This document shows, piece by piece, positions 25,341 through 34,126 of a stretch of 34,761 nt of DNA (position 1 is its first letter; each line of letters starts with the position of its first letter). The translations under genes were made by a program, and so were the position numbers. This DNA comes from a virus (lineage: Duplodnaviria > Caudoviricetes): positions 1 through 34,761 of the IMG/VR virus record IMGVR_UViG_3300022876_000187; one strand, written 5' to 3'. Under the pieces are notes generated by a model. It saw nothing but the letters and a program-made list of their open reading frames with translations, was not told where the DNA came from and ran no database searches.

Positions 25341-27908
25341 ATGCGCCCCGAATGCATCCAAGCCGTCACCCAGGCCATCGGCCGTTCCCTCAACCAGCAA
25401 GAAATCCAGGGCATCGAGAACCGCGTGCGCCGCAACATGAAGCAGCTGGCGCAGACCGATACCGCCTGGCAATCGAAGTCGATCGCCGACCGCCTCAACG
25501 AGTCAGCCGCCAAGGCTGCCAAGGAGCTAGTGGACGAGGCCAACCTCAAGAAAAAGCGGGTGGCGCTGACCATCATGGCCCACGACCGTATTCAGAGCTT
25601 CATGGCGCGCTTCCCTGACCAGCCGCTCGAAGGCCTGGACCGGCTTCTGGCTTTCTCCAGCGACGGCAAGAGCGGTATTCAGTCCATAGAGTCGGCCACC
25701 CGCGCAATCCGTGACGATTCGCTGAGTCGCATGCTGGAGGTCATCGACCAGACCAAGGGCAAGCTTCTTGGGCTGTTCCAAGACGAAGCCGGCAATCTGG
25801 CGTTAGTGCGCGAGCTTCGGGGCACAGACTCCGGGGTGCCTACGGCTAAGCTGGCGGCAAAGGCATACAAGGACGTGACCGATCAACTGCGGGAGCGATT
25901 CAACCGAGCCGGCGGCGATATTGGGAATCTGGACGACTGGGGGACGCCACAAGATCAATCACAAACACGTGTGGCCAAGGACAAGGCCAAGTGGGTTGGC
26001 GACCATATCCAGTGGGTCAACCGCGCCAAGTACATGAAGGAAGACGGCACGCCGATGAATGACGCCGAGCTAACGGACTTCCTCAACCATGCGTGGCAAA
26101 CCCTTGCCACCGGCGGAATCAACAAACTGGAGCCCGGCCACGCCGCCGGTAACGGCATGCGCGCCAATCGCGGGAGCGAGTCACGCCAGATCCACTACAA
26201 GGACGCCGAAAGCTTCATCGCCGCTCAGAAGGCCTATGGTGAGCGCAACCTCCTGGAACTGCTGATCGGCCATATTGATCGGGCGTCCCGCGACATTGCC
26301 CTGGTCGAAGCCCTGGGTCCGAATCCGTCCAACCAGATGCGTTACTTCTTGGACGAAGGACAGAAGGCTCAAACCAATAAAGCTCTATTGGTGCCAGGGA
26401 AGAAGGGCGAAAAGGCCCGTAAAGCTGTTGAAAAGAAGCGCTTGAAAATTGAGCGTTTGTTCGAAGAGGTGGCAGGCACTCGCGAGCCGCCAGCATCGGC
26501 TGCCATAGCGAACGGGTTCGATACATATCGGGCGCTTAACGTAGCCAGCCGCCTGGGCTCTGCCGTCATCACATCGATTACCGACATGGCGACAGTAGGG
26601 CTTACGGCTGTAATGAACGGAATGCCGGTCATGAAGGTGTTCGCCAACGAGATCCGCATGCTCAACCCGGCGAGCGCGACTGATCGGCGGCTGGCGCAGC
26701 GCAGAGGACTTGGCCTCAACCAGTTGATTGGCAGCTTGAACCGGTTCGGTGCCGATGGTCTTGGCACCAATGAGCAGATTTCTGGCCGTATCTCGAAGTT
26801 CTCCCAGACCACCGCCAGCAAGATCATGCAGCTCTCTGCTATGAATGCGATGACCTCCGGGATGCAGCGGGCGTTCGGCGCCACGATGATGGACACCATC
26901 GGCGACATGTCGCGCCGGCACCAGACCATCGCTGCGATGGACCCAGCCGACAGCAAGCGGCTGCTTGGGCAGGGCGTCACCGAGACGGATTGGTCCGTGT
27001 GGCGCCTGGCTCAGCCCGAGGACTGGCGCGGCGTAGGCGACACGGTGTTGACCGCGAATAGCATCTACCGCATCCCGAATGCTGACTTGGTGCCGCTGGC
27101 GCAGCAGCTCAAGACGACCCCTCAGCGTCTCAAGGACCAGGCCGCCACCAAGCTGCTGGGCACTGTACTGGACGAAACCAACATGGCGATCATCGAGCCC
27201 GGGGCCAGGGAGAAGGCATTCATGTATGGAAATATCCGGCGCGGGACGTGGGGAGGGGAGCTGCAGCGTTCTTTCTGGCAATTCAAAAGCTTCTCTATCG
27301 CCATGATGACCAGGCATTTCAACCGCGCCATGTCTCAGGAGACGGGCTGGGGTAAGGCTGGGTACATGGCTGCACTGATGGCCAGTACCACAGTGCTTGG
27401 TGGTATGGCCATTCAGCTGAGTGAGATTGTGAGCGGCAGGGACCCGAAGAACATGCTCGACGACAAGTTGCTGGGCGTCCCTGGTCTGCGCTTCGGTGCC
27501 GCAGCGTTTCTCAAGGGGGGATCGCTAGGGCTGTATGGCGACTTCCTTTTCAGTAACCAGACCCAGGGCGGCCAATCCGCCTTAGCCGCTATCGGCGGTC
27601 CAATTGCTGGGGACATTGAATCCATATTCAAGCTTAAGGGCACTGCCGCTGACGGCAAGGGGCCGCAAGTTGGCGGCAACCTTGTGCGCCTCGCCAAGTC
27701 CCATACCCCTGGTGCAAACCTCTGGTACACGAAGGCCGCCACCGACCACCTGATCTTCAACCAGTTGCAAGAGTATTTCTCCCCCGGCTACCTGCGCCGC
27801 ATGAAGCAGCGTGCCCGGAAAGAGTTCAAGCAATCGTACTGGTGGGAACCGGGCGACACTTCGCCAGATCGCGCGCCGAACCTTGGCGCCGCAGTAGGGG
27901 GGCGCTGA
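25341..27908 (+). CDS. Large internal virion (ejection) protein
   Basis: 855 aa, AGGAGG RBS; QFKSF, GG.LGLYGDFL, PGANLWY motifs of podovirus core proteins. Confidence 0.8.
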   Translation: MRPECIQAVTQAIGRSLNQQEIQGIENRVRRNMKQLAQTDTAWQSKSIADRLNESAAKAAKELVDEANLKKKRVALTIMAHDRIQSFMARFPDQPLEGLDRLLAFSSDGKSGIQSIESATRAIRDDSLSRMLEVIDQTKGKLLGLFQDEAGNLALVRELRGTDSGVPTAKLAAKAYKDVTDQLRERFNRAGGDIGNLDDWGTPQDQSQTRVAKDKAKWVGDHIQWVNRAKYMKEDGTPMNDAELTDFLNHAWQTLATGGINKLEPGHAAGNGMRANRGSESRQIHYKDAESFIAAQKAYGERNLLELLIGHIDRASRDIALVEALGPNPSNQMRYFLDEGQKAQTNKALLVPGKKGEKARKAVEKKRLKIERLFEEVAGTREPPASAAIANGFDTYRALNVASRLGSAVITSITDMATVGLTAVMNGMPVMKVFANEIRMLNPASATDRRLAQRRGLGLNQLIGSLNRFGADGLGTNEQISGRISKFSQTTASKIMQLSAMNAMTSGMQRAFGATMMDTIGDMSRRHQTIAAMDPADSKRLLGQGVTETDWSVWRLAQPEDWRGVGDTVLTANSIYRIPNADLVPLAQQLKTTPQRLKDQAATKLLGTVLDETNMAIIEPGAREKAFMYGNIRRGTWGGELQRSFWQFKSFSIAMMTRHFNRAMSQETGWGKAGYMAALMASTTVLGGMAIQLSEIVSGRDPKNMLDDKLLGVPGLRFGAAAFLKGGSLGLYGDFLFSNQTQGGQSALAAIGGPIAGDIESIFKLKGTAADGKGPQVGGNLVRLAKSHTPGANLWYTKAATDHLIFNQLQEYFSPGYLRRMKQRARKEFKQSYWWEPGDTSPDRAPNLGAAVGGR

Positions 27909-27909
27909 T

Positions 27910-28248
27910 ATGCGCGACGATCAAATCACCCGCTTGCAAGCGCTCAGCGAACGCCTGGGAGAGGTTGTTATCACTGAGGTGGATCCGCACAACTGGCCTG
28001 GCGCCGAGAAGCCGCCGGCGGACCTGACCCAGCAGGAGCGCGGCGACCGCTACTGGTGCAAGAAGAACGCGGCCGCCACCATGACCTTGTTGCTCAAGGT
28101 GGTGAACATCGCCGGCATCATGAACCGCCAGAGGCCAGCGCCAGACGCTGGCCACAGTATCGACGAGCTGGACGGCGAGCTGGCGGCTGCAGAGCGCGAG
28201 GCCCAGGCCATCATCGATCGGATGAAAAAGGACGGGCATGTCCACTGA
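27910..28248 (+). CDS. Probable terminase small subunit
   Basis: 112-aa helical ORF overlapping the TerL start; call based on position. Confidence 0.6.
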   Translation: MRDDQITRLQALSERLGEVVITEVDPHNWPGAEKPPADLTQQERGDRYWCKKNAAATMTLLLKVVNIAGIMNRQRPAPDAGHSIDELDGELAAAEREAQAIIDRMKKDGHVH

Positions 28249-29869
28249 GCCTGAGCCGACCGAGAAGAAAGTCAGCCTGCTGGTTTTTTTTCTCATCTGG
28301 GCCAAGCGCATGCGCTGGCAGGTGCCGGATATCCATGTCCGGGCACTCATATGGCTGGAGGCCAAAGGGCCTCTGGCCGTTTTGCGTTGTTTTCGCGGTT
28401 TCGGCAAGTCGACGCTGCTGGCGATCTACAACGCCTGGCTGTATTACCGCGACCCTGCGTTCCGCATCCTTCACCAGTCCGAGTCGGACCCCACGGCCTA
28501 CAAGACCAGCCGTGATACACAAAACGTTATCCGCAACCATCCGCTGACTCGCCACCTGTTGCCGCCCAATCAGGGCACAGTCGAGCAATGGTGGGTTGAG
28601 GGCGCCGCTGACTTCCGTAATGCCTCGATGTTCGCCAAGGGCATCCTGTCGAACGTGACCTCGGCCCGCGCTGACGAATGCCAGAACGATGACGTGGAGG
28701 TGCCCCGCAACATTCAGACGCCCGAGGCCCGGGAAAAACTGCGGTATCGCTTGGGTGAGCAAACTCACATCCTGGTGCCGGGCGGCAGCAAGCTGTACAT
28801 CGGCACGCCGCATACACATGACAGTCTGTACGACGAACTGGAGAGCATGGGCGCCGACTGCCTGACCATCCGCATGTTCGCCCTGGAACATCGAATTGAA
28901 GAGGCTAAGAACAACGCCTACGACGTTCCTTTCGTTCCGGACGTGGTGTTTTCCGGGATCGGCAAGCACGCCCGCGTCCTGGTGCTGGGCACTGACTACC
29001 AACTGACCAAGACTGGTATTGCCTTCTTCACGCCCCCGGGCACGCTGATCGACTGTTACGCCGGCAGCGCCTGGCCCGAGCGATTCGACATGGCCACGCT
29101 GGAGACTCGCCGGCGAGAGACCCGCACCATCAACGAATGGGACTCGCAGTATCAGCTCCACTCGAAGCCGGTCACAGAAGTTCGCCTTGATCCAGCCAGG
29201 ATCATCCCCTACGACGTCCAACCGACCATGCGCTACGCCAACAACGCGGCAGCCATGTACCTGGGGTCAACCCAGATTGTCGGCGCTGTGGCGTATTGGG
29301 ACTGTTCCCTGGGAAAGATCAAGTCGGACGCCTCGGCCTTCTCCCTGATTCTTACCGACGCCCGCGGCCAGCTTTACTGGCACCTGGCAAAAGGATTGAC
29401 CGGAGAGATCGCAGAGTTCGACGAGCGCGACCGCATCAACGGCGGCCAGGTTCACCAGATCCGCGAGCTGGTCATTCAATACCAGATCCCCCGGGTGATC
29501 ATCGAAACCAACGGACCTGGTGGGTTTGCCCCGGCAATCCTCAAACAAGCCCTCAAGGGTACGGGCTGCGGGATTGGTGAGGAGCACAGCAGCGCCAACA
29601 AGCAAAAACGCATCCTCGATGCCTTCGAGCCGCCATTATCGGCCCGCTTCCTGTGGGCCCACGTCGATGTGCTGCGCACGATCTGGGATCAGATGCGCGA
29701 CTTCAATCCAGCCCTGACCAACCAGGACGACGACTACATCGATTCCGGTGCTGGCGCGATCAGCCAAACCCCCGTCCGCATTGGGCGAATAGTCGGGAAA
29801 CCGACAGAGGCCCGGCGGGACGATTGGCGCCCAGATGCGGGCGTGCATGAGGTTCAAGTGGACTATTAG
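28238..29869 (+). CDS. terL: Terminase large subunit (T7 gp19-like)
   Basis: Walker A FRGFGKST, RADECQNDDVEVP, YIGTPHT.DSLY, nuclease YWDCS...SD and DDYIDS. Confidence 0.93.
   Translation: MSTEPEPTEKKVSLLVFFLIWAKRMRWQVPDIHVRALIWLEAKGPLAVLRCFRGFGKSTLLAIYNAWLYYRDPAFRILHQSESDPTAYKTSRDTQNVIRNHPLTRHLLPPNQGTVEQWWVEGAADFRNASMFAKGILSNVTSARADECQNDDVEVPRNIQTPEAREKLRYRLGEQTHILVPGGSKLYIGTPHTHDSLYDELESMGADCLTIRMFALEHRIEEAKNNAYDVPFVPDVVFSGIGKHARVLVLGTDYQLTKTGIAFFTPPGTLIDCYAGSAWPERFDMATLETRRRETRTINEWDSQYQLHSKPVTEVRLDPARIIPYDVQPTMRYANNAAAMYLGSTQIVGAVAYWDCSLGKIKSDASAFSLILTDARGQLYWHLAKGLTGEIAEFDERDRINGGQVHQIRELVIQYQIPRVIIETNGPGGFAPAILKQALKGTGCGIGEEHSSANKQKRILDAFEPPLSARFLWAHVDVLRTIWDQMRDFNPALTNQDDDYIDSGAGAISQTPVRIGRIVGKPTEARRDDWRPDAGVHEVQVDY
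29788..29824 (+). promoter_or_regulatory. Putative late promoter 5 (tailspike), embedded in terL
   Basis: AATA-GTCGGGAAACCGAC-N13-GACGAT. Confidence 0.7.
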
Positions 29870-29894
29870 CCCGCCACCACCAAAGGGGCGAAGT

Positions 29895-31901
29895 ATGTCA
29901 GTTCAACCAGGTCCAACCGAAAAGCGTTATGCGGCGAACGGCGTATCGCTCACCTACACGATCCCATTTCTTTTGCTTGCAGCTAGTGATCTGCAGGTTT
30001 TTTTGAATGGGGTTGAAATCACCACCGGGTTCTCCCTTTCAGGGGTCGGCAACCCTACCAGCGAAATTGCATTTGTCGTTGCCCCGACTGGTGACCTGCT
30101 CCTGGTGCTGAACGTGCCGTTTCAGCGATTGGTCGACTACCAGGAGAACGGAGATTTTCTTTCGTCAACGGTAAACCGTGATTTCGACAGGATCTGGCAG
30201 GCCCTGAAGCAGCTTCTAAGGTGGTCTGATAGGTCGCTTCGGCTCGGCGACAGCGACGTTGATGGATCTGGGTGGTACCGGGCTGGGGGCAATGGCATCA
30301 GGGGATTAAGTGATCCTGTCGAACTGCAGGATGCCGCGACAAAGAATTGGGCCGAGCAATACATCGGTGGCTTGATTGAGCAGGGACAAGGGCCGACCAA
30401 CAATGCAGCCAACGTTCTGTACGTCGGTCCTGACGGTGTCACTGTAACTGTTCAGAGCTTATCTGGTCCTGCTGGCTCTAACCTGATTGGCTTCCTTCAG
30501 GCCGGCACCGGTGCTGTATCGCGGACGATGCAGAGCAAGGCGAGGGAGACGATCAGTGCACTCGATTTCGGGGTGGCCGGAGACGGCATTGCGGATGACA
30601 CCGCAAAGCTACAGCTTGCGATAAATGCTGCTCGGTCGTTTTCGAAAACGCTGTACATTCCCAAAGGTACGTACAAAACAAGTTCCGTACTCAACATAAG
30701 TGGTGTACGAATTATTGGTGATGCACTTGGTTACCGAAATAGCAGCGGAACTGTAATCCAGGGGAGTGGCGCGCACGATATTTTCACTCAGTCTACGGCT
30801 ACTCTTGATGATACATGGACTGAACTTCACGACATTCGAATCAAGGGAGGATTGTGGGGGATCAAATGTCGGTACATGATAAGTTCGCAATGGTCAAATA
30901 TCGTTATTACTGATTGTCAGAACGGCATTCAAATGGGCAACTCAACCGATGCCGGCCCGCTTCTTAACGTGTTCAATCATATTGATATTGATGTTGTTGA
31001 TACGGCACTAGATCTTAACGGAAACGGATTCGTTAACTCAAACGTATTCAATCAGTGCCAATTCAAAGGACTACAATTTGCGGCAAGGATCAGGTGTACT
31101 GGAGGCATTGGCGCCGTAGGGAACGTTTTCAATAGTACGAACTTCATGGGCGATCGTTATGGCGCAACCGTTGAGAACACAAAAAATATCGCATTCAATG
31201 AATGTTACTTCGAATCGCATGGCCCATCAGTAGGGTTTCTTGGTGTAAACATAGGGTGGTCTCTTGATGACTGCACGTTTGCTGGCTTAAGAAACGATAA
31301 CGCAACAACTAAAACGTCGTTTCTTTATCACTTTGTTGGTAACGTTTGCCGCGGAGCGGTCAAGGGTGGGTATGTTTATATCCCGACTGGAACCGTATTT
31401 AATAACCAGAGCCTTTTAGCTTCTGAGGATCCAGCAAGCTTCTTCGTTAATCTGATTGATGAGCCAGAGCAAGACGTTGCAGCGTCCGGATTCGTTATTT
31501 TTAACGCCAGCCTACTTAGTCAGAATCTGATTTATTCAAAGGCATCAACTTATGTTCCGACATGGAGTGGAACGGTGGGCAACGGAACCATCCGCGGTAG
31601 GTGGGTCCGAGAAGGGAATATCGTCACAGTGAGCCTGTACCTTCTGTTCGGCACAACCACCGCGCCAGGCGGGACGTTCTGGACTTTCGGCCTGCCATTC
31701 GCATCTCGAGAAAATGCCGTAGGCTCTGTCCTTATGCGCGATGCGGGAACAAACTTCTACACGGGAGTGGCAGCCCTTAACTCTGGTGTGAGCAGCTTTA
31801 CGATCAACGTGAACGGAACGGCCAACCTTGTAGGCCCAACCGTTCCTTTCACCTGGGGATCGACTGACGACATCAGCATAACGCTGACGTATCAGTGCTG
31901 A
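29895..31901 (+). CDS. Tail fibre/tailspike with pectate-lyase-like beta-helix (putative depolymerase)
   Basis: gp17-like N-terminus (ANG...YTIPF, NRDFDRIW); SALDFGVAGDGIADDTAKLQLAINAA..LYIPKGTY; Asn/Ile-rich repeats; low-GC core. Confidence 0.9.
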   Translation: MSVQPGPTEKRYAANGVSLTYTIPFLLLAASDLQVFLNGVEITTGFSLSGVGNPTSEIAFVVAPTGDLLLVLNVPFQRLVDYQENGDFLSSTVNRDFDRIWQALKQLLRWSDRSLRLGDSDVDGSGWYRAGGNGIRGLSDPVELQDAATKNWAEQYIGGLIEQGQGPTNNAANVLYVGPDGVTVTVQSLSGPAGSNLIGFLQAGTGAVSRTMQSKARETISALDFGVAGDGIADDTAKLQLAINAARSFSKTLYIPKGTYKTSSVLNISGVRIIGDALGYRNSSGTVIQGSGAHDIFTQSTATLDDTWTELHDIRIKGGLWGIKCRYMISSQWSNIVITDCQNGIQMGNSTDAGPLLNVFNHIDIDVVDTALDLNGNGFVNSNVFNQCQFKGLQFAARIRCTGGIGAVGNVFNSTNFMGDRYGATVENTKNIAFNECYFESHGPSVGFLGVNIGWSLDDCTFAGLRNDNATTKTSFLYHFVGNVCRGAVKGGYVYIPTGTVFNNQSLLASEDPASFFVNLIDEPEQDVAASGFVIFNASLLSQNLIYSKASTYVPTWSGTVGNGTIRGRWVREGNIVTVSLYLLFGTTTAPGGTFWTFGLPFASRENAVGSVLMRDAGTNFYTGVAALNSGVSSFTINVNGTANLVGPTVPFTWGSTDDISITLTYQC

Positions 31902-31908
31902 CTTGCTG

Positions 31909-31929
31909 GCCCTGGCTAAGCGCCAGGGC
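31909..31929. terminator. Hairpin at the convergent junction of tailspike and acyltransferase
   Basis: GCCCTGGC-TAAGC-GCCAGGGC; no clear U-tract. Confidence 0.4.
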
Positions 31930-32917
31930 TCGCTGCTTTAGAAAGCTTGCTGCCGGTCGACGGCCTGGACATCAACTTCAGCAGTGGCCTTTCCAGGAGC
32001 GTGAATGCTATAGCCCCAATAAGCAGTGAAAGCAGCACTGCGGCGACTACCATTTCTGGTCCAGGTTTGTACGGCCAGACCCAGCTGATAATCCAGATCG
32101 CTATCGCATGGAACAGATAGATGGAGTAGCTGGACTCACCGAGAAACTGAGTTGCTCGATGCTTAATAATCGCAGATCCTTCAAACCCAAGTGCGCCCAG
32201 CACAAGAAGTACACTCGGTATTCCCCAGGCAAGAACCCCATCTGAATTGTTGAAATTTTGAATCGTAAACATCAGCACGGAAGCAGCAAGAAAAATGGCA
32301 GCCTCCGGCTTTTTTGGCCGGTATCCAGCTTTTACAGCATGTCCGATAACTAGTCCTGCTGCGAACTCAAGTATTACTTGATTGAAGTAATACTGCTCGC
32401 CTCCCTTGATTCCATAAAATGCAGTTCCTAATGCGGCTATTAGGCATATAGATGCTGGCACTGCAAGTCGGCCGATGCAAAGCATTAACCCCAATACTGC
32501 ATAGAAGAACATTTCGTAATTCAGTGTCCAGCCAGGGTAAAGAATTGGCATGTTAAAGCCAGTCGGCGGCGGGGCAAAAATGAAAGATCTAAATATGTGC
32601 TCTGATGACGGCGGAACTTCCGGGTAGCGAGTATAGAAGTAGGCAACGGCTATCGCCGAAGCAATCCAGTACATCGGGATTACTCTAATGCATCGCTTTT
32701 TCATGAATTCAAATGGGTTGGTTGTATCCTTTATTGATAGGCACATAACCACGCCGCTGATAACAAAGAATAAGTCTACTCCAGCCGCGCCTGCTCGAAA
32801 GTTAATGTGTGGAAACAATGAAAGTGCGTGAAATATTACAACCGATATTGCCCCAAGCCCGCGAAGAGCTTGAAGTGATTGCAGTTGTTTGTTGCTCGTT
32901 TGATTATTGGGTTTCAT
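31916..32917 (-). CDS. Acyltransferase family 3 (OafA/Oac-like membrane O-acetyltransferase) moron
   Basis: LQALRGLGA..VV.FH, GVDLFFVISG, R..R..P.YW, WTL.YE..FY, LGESSYSIYLFH; many transmembrane segments; low GC. Confidence 0.92.
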   Translation of the reverse strand: MKPNNQTSNKQLQSLQALRGLGAISVVIFHALSLFPHINFRAGAAGVDLFFVISGVVMCLSIKDTTNPFEFMKKRCIRVIPMYWIASAIAVAYFYTRYPEVPPSSEHIFRSFIFAPPPTGFNMPILYPGWTLNYEMFFYAVLGLMLCIGRLAVPASICLIAALGTAFYGIKGGEQYYFNQVILEFAAGLVIGHAVKAGYRPKKPEAAIFLAASVLMFTIQNFNNSDGVLAWGIPSVLLVLGALGFEGSAIIKHRATQFLGESSYSIYLFHAIAIWIISWVWPYKPGPEMVVAAVLLSLLIGAIAFTLLERPLLKLMSRPSTGSKLSKAASPGA

Positions 32918-32955
32918 GTGTTTAGTCTTATAGCGGGCGTGATGGCGCGGACCGG

Positions 32956-32964
32956 AATGTATCA
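32956..32964 (-). promoter_or_regulatory. Possible extended -10 promoter for the acyltransferase
   Basis: TG-A-TACATT on the minus strand, about 40 nt upstream of the ATG. Confidence 0.4.
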
Positions 32965-33130
32965 GAATCCAAAAAATCCAGATACATGCGGTCAGCCCAT
33001 TGCCCTGGTTGATTTGTGATATGCAGTTGAGCAGGTGAGTGCTGTGCCAGAGAGCGGAAAAAAGTACAGCATCTAGTACGTTGGTTCTTGTTGGTTCGTA
33101 AAGTTACGAGTAAATGCTGGTGTTTTTTCG

Positions 33131-33158
33131 ACAGGTTCGATTCCTGTCTCGGGCACCA
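33131..33158 (+). other. Prophage att site: tRNA 3'-end fragment (probably tRNA-Leu)
   Basis: T-arm ACAGG-TTCGATT-CCTGT, acceptor strand CTCGGGC, discriminator A, CCA; no D or anticodon arm upstream. Confidence 0.85.
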
Positions 33159-33183
33159 GTTGGCAGTTCAAGACGTATAAACA

Positions 33184-33210
33184 ACAAAGCCCGCATCGAG
33201 CGGGCTTTGT
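33184..33210. terminator. Bidirectional terminator (original tRNA terminator / host gene end)
   Basis: ACAAAGCCCGC-ATCGA-GCGGGCTTTGT. Confidence 0.85.
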
Positions 33211-33229
33211 CGTGTTTATTGGCCTTGAA

Positions 33230-34126
33230 TCACTTCACCTTGCTTCTCAGATCCTCGAGGCTGCGTTTGAGTTGGTCCAGATTCTGGCCCTGATTGCTGA
33301 CCTCGCTCTTGAGGCTGGACAGCTCGCTGGAGCTCGAACTGGAGCTTGAGCTGCTGCCACGCTTGAGGTCATCGATCTGATTCGCCAGCTTGTCCAGAGT
33401 GCTGGCCTGGCTGCTGACTGTGCTCTTGAGGCTGGACAGCTCGCTGGAGCTCGAACTGGAGCTTGAGCTGCTGCCGCGCTTGAGGTCATCGATCTGATTC
33501 GCCAGCTTGTCCAGGGTGCTGGCCTGGCTGCTGACTGTGCTCTTGAGGCTGGACAGCTCGCTGGAGCTCGAACTGGAGCTTGAGCTGTTGCCACGCTTGA
33601 GCTCCTCGATCTGTTTGCCGAGCTTGTCCAGTTCGCTGGCCTGATCGCTGGTAACGCGCTTGAGGTTGTTCACTTCACTGGTGCTCGAACTGGAGCTTGT
33701 GCCGCTGTTGCGCTTGAACTCTTCAAGCTGGGTTTCCAGTTTCTTCAGCTGGTTGGCTTGCTCGCCGGTGGTTTTCTTGAGGTTGCTCACCTCGCTGGCA
33801 GTGGAGCTGGAGCTGCTGCCGGTGTTGCGTTTGAGCTCTTCGATCAGGCGCGCCTGGCTGTTGACGATGTCCTTGAGCTTTTCCAGCTCGGCGCTGCTGC
33901 TCTTGAGGCCATCCTGCAGCTTTTGCAGGTCGTCCACGGTGAAGCCGCTGGGGCGCACGGTGTACTTGAGGTCTACTTCCTGGTGCAGGGCCGAGATCCT
34001 GTCCGAGTACGAGGCGCTGCTGGAGTTGAATTCGACGGCCTGGGCGGAGAGTGACAGGCTGCTGAGGATCAGGGTGGAGAGGCTGGTGGCGAGGAAGGCG
34101 GACGAACGCTGAGTGCGGCTGAACAT
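33230..34126 (-). CDS. Host exported coiled-coil protein with poly-Ser repeats
   Basis: Signal peptide ending AQA; repeated 39-aa units (heptads plus Ser linker); AAGGA upstream of the start. Confidence 0.8.
   Translation of the reverse strand: MFSRTQRSSAFLATSLSTLILSSLSLSAQAVEFNSSSASYSDRISALHQEVDLKYTVRPSGFTVDDLQKLQDGLKSSSAELEKLKDIVNSQARLIEELKRNTGSSSSSTASEVSNLKKTTGEQANQLKKLETQLEEFKRNSGTSSSSSTSEVNNLKRVTSDQASELDKLGKQIEELKRGNSSSSSSSSSELSSLKSTVSSQASTLDKLANQIDDLKRGSSSSSSSSSSELSSLKSTVSSQASTLDKLANQIDDLKRGSSSSSSSSSSELSSLKSEVSNQGQNLDQLKRSLEDLRSKVK
33305..33850 (-). repeat. 117-nt tandem repeat (39 aa)
   Basis: GCTCTTGAGGCTGGACAGC recurs at 33305, 33422 and 33539; more diverged copies continue toward about 33850. 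Confidence 0.9.

Larger units (their letters stand above)
1..33158. mobile_element. Temperate prophage (right part): lambdoid early region plus podovirus-like late region, ending at a tRNA-derived att site
   Basis: Contiguous phage gene set (recombination, immunity, replication, lysis, head, tail, terminase) ending at a tRNA 3'-end fragment at 33131-33158, followed by host-like genes. Confidence 0.95.

Noticed and set aside
28284-28291. T8 run in terL as a frameshift or phase-variation site
   Set aside because: The reading frame is intact and I identified no meaningful alternative-frame product
29895-33130. Possible BPP-1-type diversity-generating retroelement near the tail gene
   Set aside because: No reverse transcriptase, no Avd-like ORF and no TR/VR repeat pair seen
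33131-33158. Complete tRNA gene
   Set aside because: Only the T-arm and acceptor 3' strand are present; treated as an att remnant
33305-33660. Regular repeats as a possible CRISPR array
   Set aside because: In-frame 117-nt coding tandem repeats with no unique spacers and no cas genes
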